DNA of 64,000 nt from Blastocatellia bacterium (GCA_035249305.1 DATFGQ010000039.1:21305-85304), one strand, 5' to 3'. Shown: positions 44,151-53,923, counted from the first letter of the stretch. Translations and numbers: made by a program. Notes: generated by a model not told the origin, from the sequence alone.

Positions 44151-46232
44151 GTGTTAACCCCTACTTATTCCCGCCTGTTCTTGTTGATTGCGTGGCTGGC
44201 GGGCGTCGCCGGGTTGGTCGCTGCCCCGCGACCCGCCAGCGCACAAGATGACCCTGCCGCCTTAGCCTCACGCGCGAAAAGAGTGCTGACGCGGCGCTGC
44301 TTTGAATGCCACGGCGCAAACGGCGTAGCCCGAAAGAACCTATTCGTGCTCGACCGCGCGCGGCTGGTCGCGACTAAGAGAGTCATCCCAGGCGACGGAA
44401 ACTCGCTGCTTCTTAGGGTGGTCGAGACCGACGCGATGCCGCCGGCCGGGCCTCGGTTGACAGAAGATGAGAAAGCCGATCTCCGAAAGTGGGTGCTCGC
44501 CGGCGCACCCGGTTGGGAAGAGAGCGACGCGACTGCCGCGCCGAGAGAGTTCATTACAGAGAGCGCGGTCGTCGCTCATATTCATGACGACCTGCTGAAG
44601 ACCGACGAGCGGTCGCGCCCTTACCTGCGCTATTTCAGCCTCGCCCATCTCTTCAACGCCGGGGCGTCCGACCAGGAGATGGAATTGTACCGCGCGGCGC
44701 TCGCAAAACTCGTCAACAGCCTCTCCTGGCACAGGGAGATCACGCGGCCCGCGCCGGTCGACGAGGCGAAGACGATTCTGCGAATAGACCTGCGCGATTA
44801 CGCGTGGACCGCGCAGACATGGGATATTATTCTCGCCTCGTACCCATACGGCGTCCGCACGCGAGACGCCGCTAGCGTCACTCGTCTTTCGGGTGCGGAG
44901 CCGGTTTATGTTCGCGCAGACTGGTTCGTCGCCAACGCCTCCGCGCCGCCCCTTTATCACGACCTGCTCGGTCTGCCCACGACCGTCGCCGAGCTCGAAA
45001 GGCTGCTCGGCGTAAACACGCAGCGCAACCTGACCGAAGAGAAAAACGTCGTGCGCGCGGGCATGCGCGCGAGCGGGGTCTCTCACAACAACCGCGTGCT
45101 CGAACGTCACGTCTCGCCTCAAGGCGCGTACTGGAAGAGCTTCGACTTTCGCAGCAACCTCGAAAACCAGAACATCTTCAAAGACCCGATAAGGTTGACC
45201 CCCGCGGGAGGCGAGATAATCTTCAACCTCCCGAACGGGTTTCAAGCATACTTCTTGATAAACGCGTTCGGCGTCCGCATAAACGAAGCCCCCATAGAGA
45301 TAGTTGCGAACCGCACGGACCCGTTCGACCCGGTCATAGAGAATGGGCGCTCGTGCATGAACTGCCACTTCAAAGGCATGCAGCCGTTTACGGACGACGT
45401 GCGCGCGGTAGTCAAAGGGATGACCGTGGGCTTTTTCGAGCGCGACCGCGCGCTCGCGCTCTACCCTCCGCAAGAGACGCTCGACCGCCTTGTTGAAAAA
45501 GACCGCGAGCGTTTCCTGGCCGCCGAGCGCCAGGCCGGCGGCCGCGCGGCGGAAAGCGCGGCAGGCGAGCCCGTCGGCGCGCTCTCCCGCCGTTTCTTCG
45601 CGGACCTGACAGTAGCCCAGGCCGCGGCCGAAACCGGCCTCGACGTGAAAGAGTTTCAAGCGCGCGTGAGCCGAAGCGCCAGATTGGTCGCCTTGGGATT
45701 CGGACAGCTACTCGTGCCCGATGGCGGGTTCAAGCGCGACGGGTGGGAGAAGAACTTCGCCGAGGTGACGCGCGAGCTAGGGCTTGGCGATCACATCGCA
45801 ACCCGCTCGGTCATCAATAAAACACCCGCCGCCCGCCGCGGCGACATCATTCTGAGCTCGGGCGTCGCGAGCGCAGGAACTTCGGCAACGCAGCCCCAAT
45901 CAATTATGCGCGTGGCCAGGACGGTATTCGTGCGATCGAAATCGGTCTTCCTAAAATCCGAGAACCTGGAACGCGAGCTTCAGAAACGATCGGAGTTCGC
46001 GGCCCTCGGGCTTACGATAGTCCGCGACCGGATCAAGGCCGACCTGGAGATTGAGATCAACCGGCCGCCGTTCACCTTCATCTACGCCTTCACGCTCACC
46101 AACCCCGAGACGAGCGTAGTCTTGACGGACGGCAAGGTGACGGCATTTGACGGCTCTTTCGCCGCGCCTAAGATTGCCAAGGAGATAATGAAACGGATCG
46201 CGGCGGCGCGTGGGCTTGCGGCTGCGAGATGA
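44151..46232 (+). CDS. secreted protein with two c-type haem-binding motifs (CFECH, CMNCH); function unknown
   Basis: GTG start at 44151 with a GGAGGTG RBS. The upstream ATG at 43944 lies inside repeat C3. Signal peptide LFLLIAWLAGVAGLVAAPRPASA. CxxCH at residue ~60 and again mid-protein. Confidence 0.6.
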   Translation: MLTPTYSRLFLLIAWLAGVAGLVAAPRPASAQDDPAALASRAKRVLTRRCFECHGANGVARKNLFVLDRARLVATKRVIPGDGNSLLLRVVETDAMPPAGPRLTEDEKADLRKWVLAGAPGWEESDATAAPREFITESAVVAHIHDDLLKTDERSRPYLRYFSLAHLFNAGASDQEMELYRAALAKLVNSLSWHREITRPAPVDEAKTILRIDLRDYAWTAQTWDIILASYPYGVRTRDAASVTRLSGAEPVYVRADWFVANASAPPLYHDLLGLPTTVAELERLLGVNTQRNLTEEKNVVRAGMRASGVSHNNRVLERHVSPQGAYWKSFDFRSNLENQNIFKDPIRLTPAGGEIIFNLPNGFQAYFLINAFGVRINEAPIEIVANRTDPFDPVIENGRSCMNCHFKGMQPFTDDVRAVVKGMTVGFFERDRALALYPPQETLDRLVEKDRERFLAAERQAGGRAAESAAGEPVGALSRRFFADLTVAQAAAETGLDVKEFQARVSRSARLVALGFGQLLVPDGGFKRDGWEKNFAEVTRELGLGDHIATRSVINKTPAARRGDIILSSGVASAGTSATQPQSIMRVARTVFVRSKSVFLKSENLERELQKRSEFAALGLTIVRDRIKADLEIEINRPPFTFIYAFTLTNPETSVVLTDGKVTAFDGSFAAPKIAKEIMKRIAAARGLAAAR

Positions 46233-46274
46233 TAAGAGGTGGAGAGCGCGGACGAGATGTCCGCGCCTACCGGG

Positions 46275-47183
46275 TCACTTGCTGGCCACTTCCGCGCCGA
46301 GGAACTTCAGAAGCGCCGCGTTGAACTGCGCGGGCTGTTCGAGCTGAGGCACGTGCCCGCACTTGTCGAACACGATGAGCTCCGCGTGCGGGATCTCTTT
46401 CTTGAACCGCTCGCCCATCGCAAGCGGCGTCAGCAGGTCTTCGCGGCCCCAGATGACCAGCGTCGGGTGCTTCAGCTCGCCGAGGCGGTTGTCGAGCACG
46501 TCTTCGCCGCGCAGTATCGATTCGATTATCCGCTGGATGGTGAAGCCATCGCCCGCCGTCACCCTGCGCGTGAACATCATGTCTATAGCCGCGTCGCTGG
46601 CGTAGAGCTGTTTGTTGTAGATCACAAGCGGCATCATCTGTCGCACGGCTTCGCGCGTCGAAGGGTTCAGCCCGTTGATCACGCGCGCGTCCATCTCTTT
46701 CGGCACCGCGAATCCCGCCGAATCGACGAGCACTACGCGGTCGACTTTCTGCGGGTGCGCGAGCGCGAACGCCGCCGAGATCCACCCGCCGAGCGAGTTG
46801 CCGACCAGGGTGGCGCGCTCGATCTTCAGCTCTTTGTAAAACCCGTCCAGAAAATCGACCAGCGTCCCGACGCGGTAGTTGAGCATGGGCTTGTCCGAGC
46901 GGCCGAAGCCTACCTGGTCGGGCACTATCACGCGATACTTCTGAGAGAGTGCGCCCACGGTCATCGACCAGTTCGACATGTCGCCGCCAAGCCCGTGCAG
47001 CAGAATCACCACTGGCCCGCTGCCCGATTCCTGGTAATGAATACGCGCGCCGAAGACCGTGGCTACTTTAGTCGCGGGGGCGGCCTGCGCCTGCGCTTGC
47101 GCCGCACTCGCGGTCACGCATAAAAAGAGGGCCGCGACCGCGAGCGTAAATGTCAGGTGGTAGCGTCTGAGGGGAGTCTTCAT
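46275..47183 (-). CDS. secreted alpha/beta-hydrolase fold protein
   Basis: 302 aa with a signal peptide. HGLGGDMSNW. GNSLGGW nucleophile elbow. C-terminal His region. The overlapping plus-strand ORF 46239-47123 is rejected. Confidence 0.75.
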   Translation of the reverse strand: MKTPLRRYHLTFTLAVAALFLCVTASAAQAQAQAAPATKVATVFGARIHYQESGSGPVVILLHGLGGDMSNWSMTVGALSQKYRVIVPDQVGFGRSDKPMLNYRVGTLVDFLDGFYKELKIERATLVGNSLGGWISAAFALAHPQKVDRVVLVDSAGFAVPKEMDARVINGLNPSTREAVRQMMPLVIYNKQLYASDAAIDMMFTRRVTAGDGFTIQRIIESILRGEDVLDNRLGELKHPTLVIWGREDLLTPLAMGERFKKEIPHAELIVFDKCGHVPQLEQPAQFNAALLKFLGAEVASK

Positions 47184-47210
47184 AATCTTGTCCTCACTTG
47201 CCGGATCAGA

Positions 47211-47825
47211 TCAGATCCAGACTTTTTCGAGCGGCTCTCCCGCTTTGCACAGCGGGCAGGTTTCGGGCGTGTAGAAATTGCAGTCGACGTCCAGCAGCCA
47301 GTAGTAAGGCACGTTGCCCAGTTCTATGTGCGCGTCTTTGAAGTGGACGAGCGAGCCGATGGCGATCACTTCGGCCCCGGCCTGCCGGATCAATTCGACC
47401 ATGTGGGTGATGACCTTGCCCGAGCGGACTATGTCGTCGACGAGTATGCACTTGATGCCGCGCGCGTCGAGGTACTGGCGAAAGTAGTAGCGGCCATCCT
47501 CTTTCTCGGCCCAGAATATCTGGTCGGCGTCCAGGGCCTCGCGGATGCCGAAGGCCACGGGTATCCCGCCCGCCGCGGGCGCGACCACAGCGCAGTCGGG
47601 CAAGGCGGCCAGCACCTCGGGCTCGCGCCTGAGGAGCCTTGAGAGCGCCACGTTCAACACGCGCGCGTTGCCGTGATAGCGCATGGCCAGCGGCATCTGA
47701 AAGTAGTGGCCCGAGTGCAGCCCGTTGGGGAACTCGAAGTGGCCTTCGCGCATGGCCCCCGTGCTGCGCAGCAGGTCGCAGACCTGATCCGTGTCGGGTA
47801 TCAGTTGGACTTTTGGAACTAGCAT
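47211..47825 (-). CDS. phosphoribosyltransferase (orotate PRTase-like)
   Basis: 204 aa. REGHFEFPNGLHSGHYF and PRPP-binding ILVDDIVRSGKV motifs. Confidence 0.6.
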   Translation of the reverse strand: MLVPKVQLIPDTDQVCDLLRSTGAMREGHFEFPNGLHSGHYFQMPLAMRYHGNARVLNVALSRLLRREPEVLAALPDCAVVAPAAGGIPVAFGIREALDADQIFWAEKEDGRYYFRQYLDARGIKCILVDDIVRSGKVITHMVELIRQAGAEVIAIGSLVHFKDAHIELGNVPYYWLLDVDCNFYTPETCPLCKAGEPLEKVWI

Positions 47826-47952
47826 TGGACCTCCATGGGTGCTTACGATGTCGTGAAGAGTGCAATTATAGGAGCGCGGGGGCCGGGTTTCAAGGCAACG
47901 CCTTTATGTCGCGCGGCGTTGAAATAAGAGGTCGGAAACTCTTAATATCACC

Positions 47953-48849
47953 TTGATGAAAAAACAGACGAGTCTACAGTTAATCTCTTCAATCGCGCTT
48001 CTGCTGTTCGCCTTTGTCTGTCCCGCGGGCAGCCAAAGCACGCAGCTTGACGACGTTTCTAAATCCTGGAATCAACCCATCAAGCCTTATCGCGTGATCG
48101 GCAATATTTATTACGTCGGCGCGGCGGAAGTGAGCTCGTTCCTCATCACGACGCCCGCCGGCCACATACTGCTCGACAGCGGGTTCGCCGAGACGGTCCC
48201 GCAAATCAAGGAGAACGTCGCTAAGCTCGGCTTCAAGCTCGAAGACGTGAAGATACTGATCAACAGCCATGCCCACTTCGACCACGCGGGCGGCCTCGCT
48301 ATTCTCAAGGAGATGACCGGGGCGCAGCTCGCGGTGAGCGAGCCGGACGCCGCGCTTCTGGCCGCCGGAGGCAAGAACGATTTTGCGTGGGGGGACAGGT
48401 TCTATTTCAAACCGGTCAAGGCGGACCGACTGCTCCGCGATAAAGACAGGGTCGAGCTCGGCGGCGTGGAGATGATCGCCCATCTGACGCCGGGCCACAC
48501 CAAAGGATGCACGACCTGGACGACGAAGGTGAAAGAGAACGGCAAGCAGTACGACGTTGTGATAGTCGGGAGCGCAAGCGTCCCCGGCTACAATCTTGTG
48601 AACAACCCTAACTATCCGAACATAGTCGAAGATTACGAAAAGACCTTTCGCGTGTTGAAGTCGTTAAGCAGCGACGTGTTCTTAGCGCCGCACGGCTCAT
48701 TCTTCGACATGAAAGAGAAGATTCAGAAGCTTGAAAGCGGCGCGAAGACGAACCCCTTCATCCACCCGCAGGGGCTACGCCGCTACGTCAAGCAGGCGGA
48801 AAGATCATTCCGCGAGACTCTGGAAAAGCAACGCCAGGCCGCGGGGTAG
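47953..48849 (+). CDS. subclass B3-like metallo-beta-lactamase, secreted
   Basis: 298 aa with a signal peptide. YYVGAAEVSSFLITT. B3-type zinc motif NSHAHFDHAGG (HxHxDH). TPGHTKGCTTW. LAPHGSFF. Overall layout as in L1/FEZ/LRA-type B3 enzymes, from memory. Confidence 0.7.
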   Translation: MMKKQTSLQLISSIALLLFAFVCPAGSQSTQLDDVSKSWNQPIKPYRVIGNIYYVGAAEVSSFLITTPAGHILLDSGFAETVPQIKENVAKLGFKLEDVKILINSHAHFDHAGGLAILKEMTGAQLAVSEPDAALLAAGGKNDFAWGDRFYFKPVKADRLLRDKDRVELGGVEMIAHLTPGHTKGCTTWTTKVKENGKQYDVVIVGSASVPGYNLVNNPNYPNIVEDYEKTFRVLKSLSSDVFLAPHGSFFDMKEKIQKLESGAKTNPFIHPQGLRRYVKQAERSFRETLEKQRQAAG

Positions 48850-48902
48850 CTAAGAGATTGCCGCTCCTCCGGAGCAGCCTCTCAACCGGCGCTTTCGATT
48901 CA

Positions 48903-50570
48903 TCACCTGATGATCCTCTCCAGAAACTCCGCGGCTTCGGGGTCGTCGCTTTCGCCCAGCGCCTCGATGGCTTTGCGCCTCATCTTCGGCGAGGGGTCGC
49001 TCTTCGCCACTTCGATCAGCTTTCTCAATCCGCGCTTCGTATTCGATTCGGCGAGCGCGTCGAGTATCTCCTCTTTCACCTCCTCGCTCCGCTCGCTTGC
49101 GTACAGATCCGCGAGCGCCTCGACCGCCCTGTCGTCGTTCATCTCGCCGAGCCCCGACAGAGCCTCCTCTCGGACTTCGGCGTCGGAGTCGCTGCGCGCC
49201 ACTTTGATCAAGAAGTTGAGCGCCGCCTCCCTGTCGCTGCTCTCCGAGATGGCGTCGAGTATCTCCCGCCGCACCTCGCGGTGGGTGATGGCCGAAAAGA
49301 GCGCTTGAAGCGTCTTCATCCCATCCGCGTCAGGGCTTTCGCCTATCGCGTCTATGGCCTCTTTACGCAGGTCTAGGTTCTCCGACTCGTTGCGCGCGAC
49401 CTCGACGAGGAACGAGAGCTGGCCGGGAATTTCGCCCAGATGATCGATGGCCTCTTTGCGGACCTCCGCGTTCGGGTGCGTCTTGGCGATCCTCATCAGC
49501 AGAGGCGCCGCCACGTCATGCCCCTTCTCGCCTATGGCGTCGACGGCTTCCCCTTGCAGTTCCGAGTCGGTGTTCGAATCACTGATGATCTTCTCCAGCG
49601 CCTTGAGGCTCGCGGGGTCCTGGCTTTCGCCCAACCCGTCTATGGCCTCGCGCCTCAGCTCGCGGTCAGGGTCGGTCTCCGAAACTTTGATTAAGAATCT
49701 GGTCGCGGCGGCTTCGTCCCGGCTGTCGGCGATCGAATCTAAAATCTCAGCCTTCACCTCCCGGTTGCCGACCTCGCCGTAGAGGCGTTCGAGCGCCGAT
49801 AGCGCGCCATCGTCAATGCTGTCACCCAGCGCGTCGGCGGCCTCTTTGCGCACCTCGACGTTCTCGCGGTCGTTGCGCACTATCGCTGACAGGTACGGAG
49901 TCTGGCCTGGGAAATGGCCGAGCCAGGAAACGGCTGTCGCCCGCACATTCTGAACGCGTGAGCTTGCGATCAACTCTTTGAGCATCGCTTCGACGCGCTG
50001 ATCGTCGTGCAGACCTATCGCGTCCGTGGCTCGCTCGGCCACCTCGTTCAGCCGCGTCGAGTCGATCAGGCTCTTAAGAAAGCTCAGGCTCTCATCGTTG
50101 GTCGCGCGGCCGAGCCAGTAAACGGGATAGCCGCTGTAATCTCGCGGCCGGTCGAGGTTATAAATTTCCGCGCGCGTTATCGCGCCGCCGTCCGCTTCGT
50201 GGAGCAGGAACACGCCTACGTTGCGAGTCTCGTACTGCCTATCGGTCGTGTGCATCACGCCGCCTATGTCGAGGCGCGACCCGCCCGAGCCGATTATCAA
50301 AATGTCTACGCCGACGCCGGGCCTCACGTCGAACGTGTGCACGGTCCAGAAGCGCGTCTGTTTAGAGCGCGAGCGCGCCTGTTTGATCGCGGCGGCGAGC
50401 CGGGATTTCAGATCGGGGCCTTCGACCGGCGTGAAGCGCGCGGTCTGGTCCGAACCGCCGCTTGGGGCGGCGCTCGCTTGCTCGGCGGCCTCGCCAGCCT
50501 GCAAAGCCCTGTGCTCGGCCCCGAAGTTTACAGCAAACAGCGCGAATACGACTATCAGACTCTTAATCAT
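48903..50570 (-). CDS. secreted HEAT-repeat (PBS-lyase-like) protein with unassigned N-terminal domain
   Basis: Start moved to the ATG at 50570 (AAGGGAGGT RBS; the ORF-track start is TTG), giving signal peptide MIKSLIVVFALFAVNFGA. More than 10 tandem repeats of (A/E)xxALGxxxDxxAxxxLxxL. Confidence 0.75.
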   Translation of the reverse strand: MIKSLIVVFALFAVNFGAEHRALQAGEAAEQASAAPSGGSDQTARFTPVEGPDLKSRLAAAIKQARSRSKQTRFWTVHTFDVRPGVGVDILIIGSGGSRLDIGGVMHTTDRQYETRNVGVFLLHEADGGAITRAEIYNLDRPRDYSGYPVYWLGRATNDESLSFLKSLIDSTRLNEVAERATDAIGLHDDQRVEAMLKELIASSRVQNVRATAVSWLGHFPGQTPYLSAIVRNDRENVEVRKEAADALGDSIDDGALSALERLYGEVGNREVKAEILDSIADSRDEAAATRFLIKVSETDPDRELRREAIDGLGESQDPASLKALEKIISDSNTDSELQGEAVDAIGEKGHDVAAPLLMRIAKTHPNAEVRKEAIDHLGEIPGQLSFLVEVARNESENLDLRKEAIDAIGESPDADGMKTLQALFSAITHREVRREILDAISESSDREAALNFLIKVARSDSDAEVREEALSGLGEMNDDRAVEALADLYASERSEEVKEEILDALAESNTKRGLRKLIEVAKSDPSPKMRRKAIEALGESDDPEAAEFLERIIR

Positions 50571-50599
50571 CTCCGTACCTCCCTTTCGCACAGACCGCA

Positions 50600-51985
50600 T
50601 CAATTATTCTTCCTGAGAAGATCTTCGAGAAACTTCGCCGCCTCCGGGTCCTCGCTCTCCCCCAGCATTTCGAGAGCCCTCCGCTTGAGCTTCGACGGGG
50701 CGTCGCTCTTTATAATCTCCATGAGTTTTCTGAGCGCGCGCTTGTTCTCCATATCGCCGAGCGCCGAGATTATCTCTTCTTTCATCTCCTGGTCGCGCTC
50801 GGCGTCGTAAAGCTGTATGAGTAGCTCTACCGCCTGGCCCTCTTCGCGGTCGCCCAGCGCGGAGATAGCCCTTTTGCGAATCTCGACATCGGCGTTGGAC
50901 TTCGCGATCTCGACTATCTTCGTCATCGCGCGCGGAGTGCCGATGTCCGACAGGGCGGAGATTATATGCTCGCGGACGTCCTCGTTCTTCTCCGCGTCAA
51001 AGAGCTTCACAAGCTCGTCGACGACCGAGTCATCGCCCTCGTCGCCTAATTCAGATATGGCGACCGTGCGAAGCTCGACGTCGCTGCCGCTGCGCGCGAT
51101 CTCGATCAGAACAGTTCGCGACTGCGCGCCTTTGTGCTCGGCCAGCGCGCGCATAGCGGCTTGAGCCAGCTCCCTGTCCGAAGACCTGATCGCCAGCTCC
51201 TTCAACAGCTCGATCACGCCGGGCGCTTTCACTTCGCCGAGCATCTCGACGGCCTTCCTGCGCAGCCTCGGGTCGGCTTCGTTGCGCGCGACTTCGAGCA
51301 CCGCGGCGCTGGCTTCAGCGCTTTCGGATTCGGCCAGCAGTTCGAGCGCGCCCTCTTTCAGAGTCACGCTCGATTTTGACCCCGACTTTAGTATGTCGAG
51401 AGCGACTCTGAGGGCGCGCTCGGGGCTCGACTCGAAGAGGCTTTGCAGCGCCGCCAGCTTCAGCTCTTCGTCCTCTTCGTTTATGCCCTGGTTGATCGTG
51501 TCGTTGTTCTTGAGCCGGGGGGCCATCTCGATCCGCATCGCCCTCGCGTCGTTCACCCAGCCCGAGGTTGGGTGCTCTCTGATTAGCTGCTCAAGTATTC
51601 GGTCCGATTCCTGTAGCCTGTTCTGTTTATTCAAAGCATACGCGAGGTAGTAGAGCGCGGCGGCCGCGTCTTTATGTTGAGGATGCTCCGCGACCAGAGA
51701 GCGGAACTTCTGCTCCGCCTTTGCCCACTCCTGATCCTTGATGTAATCGCGCGCCTCGCGAAAGACCTTCGCAGCTTCGTCAGAACTGTTAGAGGCTTGA
51801 ACCAGTCGGTTGAGCCTCTCTATCTCTTGCTCGAACGATCGCGTGGCCGCGCTCGTGTGAAGCCACGCGCATGCCGTGACCGCGGCGAAGACCAGCGCGA
51901 AGAGTCTGAGCGCCGTAATCAAATTTCTCATGCGAGGGTTCGGAAGCTTATAACTGTTCGGCATCTGTCTCTCCATAAACGTCAA
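50600..51985 (-). CDS. TPR + HEAT-repeat protein (membrane-anchored/secreted)
   Basis: 461 aa. N-terminal hydrophobic segment LITALRLFALVFAAVTACA. TPR-like region (ALYYLAYALNKQNRLQESDRILEQL). C-terminal HEAT repeats (RRKAVEMLGE, RTVAISELGD, RKRAISALGD, RRALEMLGES). Confidence 0.7.
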   Translation of the reverse strand: MTFMERQMPNSYKLPNPRMRNLITALRLFALVFAAVTACAWLHTSAATRSFEQEIERLNRLVQASNSSDEAAKVFREARDYIKDQEWAKAEQKFRSLVAEHPQHKDAAAALYYLAYALNKQNRLQESDRILEQLIREHPTSGWVNDARAMRIEMAPRLKNNDTINQGINEEDEELKLAALQSLFESSPERALRVALDILKSGSKSSVTLKEGALELLAESESAEASAAVLEVARNEADPRLRRKAVEMLGEVKAPGVIELLKELAIRSSDRELAQAAMRALAEHKGAQSRTVLIEIARSGSDVELRTVAISELGDEGDDSVVDELVKLFDAEKNEDVREHIISALSDIGTPRAMTKIVEIAKSNADVEIRKRAISALGDREEGQAVELLIQLYDAERDQEMKEEIISALGDMENKRALRKLMEIIKSDAPSKLKRRALEMLGESEDPEAAKFLEDLLRKNN

Positions 51986-52941
51986 TAATTCCGGCTCGAA
52001 GCCTTTGCCGTATAGAATTGCAGCGCGGCGACGACCTCCTGCCTCTGCATCAGGTCTTTGATCGAGCGCACGTCGTCCTGGGTCGGGCTGTCGGGGAGGT
52101 TGGCGATGTCCAAAAGCAGCGGCTCGATGTCTGTGAGTAGATCTCCGACGGCCAGGTTCCTCCTGTTTTCCGCGCTTCGACGCAGCCGGCGATTCTTTGC
52201 CAGCAGCTCTTTCGACAATTCCTTTTCGTACGAGACGTCGACGGCCGCCTGCTCCGGCGATTGCTCGATGTTCCTGAACGACCTCATCAGCAGCTCTGCT
52301 TGCTCTACGTGCCCCGCGACCTCAAGGCTCAGATAGTCGGCCGTAGCCGCTCGCCGGTCATACGCTCGGTCTTCGCGCATCACGTCGACGGCTTCGACAG
52401 GCTTGTGCCCACGCGTCTCGCGATTCGTTTTGCGGCGTGGAACCGGAGCCGTCGTTTGAATCGTCTTCGGCCCGGCGGTTTCAACCCGCTTATCATCTCT
52501 CGATAATGTTTCTTGACCCGAAGCCGGCTGGTCATTGGCTACGACTTCGGGCTCGCGCGGCCGCGTCGTCTCTTTCTGACTGAAGACCAACCACAGCGCG
52601 GCGGCGACGAGCAGTGAGGCGACCGCTATTCTCACGGGGAGCGGGAGACGGGCCAGCGAGATCATTTCAACCAGAGCCGCGAGCGCCCTTCGCCTCGGGC
52701 GGGGCTGCTCTGACAGCCGCGCGCGCAGCCGCTCGTTGTAGCCGGTCCAGTAAGCCTCTTCGGGCAGAGCCGTATCGGCCACCTGATCGAAGACCGCGAG
52801 CGCCTCGCTCATCGAGCGGTAAAGGTTCTGACACGCTTCGCAACTGTTCACCTCGCGAAGCAGCCGCGATCTTTCATCCGCGCCTGCCGACTCGAACAGC
52901 AAGTCGACCAATCTCTCTTTGAATTTGCGACAATCGTGCAT
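51982..52941 (-). CDS. zinc-finger anti-sigma factor (single TM) with long C-terminal domain
   Basis: 319 aa. N-terminal MHDCRKF...CEACQ zinc motif. TM helix VRIAVASLLVAAALWLVF. 14-bp gap downstream of the ECF sigma gene. Confidence 0.7.
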   Translation of the reverse strand: MHDCRKFKERLVDLLFESAGADERSRLLREVNSCEACQNLYRSMSEALAVFDQVADTALPEEAYWTGYNERLRARLSEQPRPRRRALAALVEMISLARLPLPVRIAVASLLVAAALWLVFSQKETTRPREPEVVANDQPASGQETLSRDDKRVETAGPKTIQTTAPVPRRKTNRETRGHKPVEAVDVMREDRAYDRRAATADYLSLEVAGHVEQAELLMRSFRNIEQSPEQAAVDVSYEKELSKELLAKNRRLRRSAENRRNLAVGDLLTDIEPLLLDIANLPDSPTQDDVRSIKDLMQRQEVVAALQFYTAKASSRNY

Positions 52942-52955
52942 CGAAATACCCCGAG

Positions 52956-53543
52956 CTAACAGCCCTCACCCGTGACGAACGGCGCGTAAGAGTCGGCCTC
53001 GACGCTTATGCCGAGGCGCTCGCGCAGTTTCAAGACGGCCCGAAATAATGATTTCTTCACAGTACCCGCCGAGCAGCCGAGCGACGCGGCTATCTCGTCG
53101 TAGGTCATCCCTTCGCGGTGCTTGAGCAGAAAGATCAACCTCTGCTGTGAGGTCAACTCCCCGAGAGCCTGCATCACTTTTTCGACGAGGATCTTGTCGT
53201 TCAGGCTCTCCTCGACGCCCCGCGCGTGGCGGCTTTCGAGCGCTTCCTCGTCGGTTGTTATGATCTCTTTATCGAGCATCTTCGTGCGCCGCTTATGATT
53301 CAAAAAAGTGTTTATCGTAATCTGCCTGACCCACGTGTAAAAGCTCGACTCCCCGCGGAAGCTTTGAAGGCTGCGGTAGGCTTTCAGCCACGCCTCTTGC
53401 GAGAGGTCTTCGGCGTCGTGCGCGGAGCGGCAATAATGAAGGGCGAGCGAAAAAATCCGGCGCTCGTAGCGCCGGGCAAGTTGGCAGAAAGCTTCTCCGT
53501 CGCCCAATTGGGCGAGCCTTATCAACTCGTTTTCACTCGTCAC
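52956..53543 (-). CDS. ECF-type RNA polymerase sigma-70 family factor
   Basis: 195 aa with a GTG start. Region 2 YTWVRQITINTFLNHKRR. Region 4 MTYDEIAASLGCSAGTVKKSLFRA. Confidence 0.85.
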   Translation of the reverse strand: MTSENELIRLAQLGDGEAFCQLARRYERRIFSLALHYCRSAHDAEDLSQEAWLKAYRSLQSFRGESSFYTWVRQITINTFLNHKRRTKMLDKEIITTDEEALESRHARGVEESLNDKILVEKVMQALGELTSQQRLIFLLKHREGMTYDEIAASLGCSAGTVKKSLFRAVLKLRERLGISVEADSYAPFVTGEGC

Positions 53544-53666
53544 AGGTAATTACCCTTCGCGCGACGTCGTTTATATAGACACGTTGTACGAGATTTGGTT
53601 GGCCTCGGGCCAGATTTTTTTTGGTGGATTCGAATTTCGACGCAAAGCTCACAAATGAATCTTAGC

Positions 53667-53908
53667 GTGTGTCTGAAAAGTCTCCGAAGGGGACGCGCTT
53701 CAATAGGAAGCCTCGAAGAGGCGTGATTCAATAGCCCGGCGCATCGCGCCGGGTCATGCGTCATACGAGACGAAGCCCTGAAAGGGCGATATAAGTATCG
53801 CGCCCTTTCAGGGCTTTTTATTATTAACAACTCGTGTCCAGGGGCGGTGCCCCTGGCTATTGAATCAAGCCCTTTCAGGGCTTCCTACACACTTCTCAGA
53901 CACCCTCT
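53667..53908. repeat. Family-A mosaic repeat element, copy A4
   Basis: gtgtgtctgaaaagtctccgaaggggacgcgcttcaatagg ... gattcaatagcccggcgcatcgcgccggg ... gccctgaaagggcg ... cgccctttcagggc ... ccaggggcggtgcccctggctattgaatc ... cacacttctcagacaccctc. Shares its ends with A3 and its inner modules with A1/A2. Confidence 0.85.
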
Positions 53909-53923
53909 AGCGCGCTTTTAAGA

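Noticed and set aside
50601-50603. TTG start of the ORF-track model for the 48903 HEAT-repeat gene (and a 4-nt overlap with the upstream gene)
   Set aside because: The ATG at 50570 is preceded by a near-perfect AAGGGAGGT RBS and yields a clean signal peptide. The TTG-initiated extension adds 11 non-hydrophobic residues.
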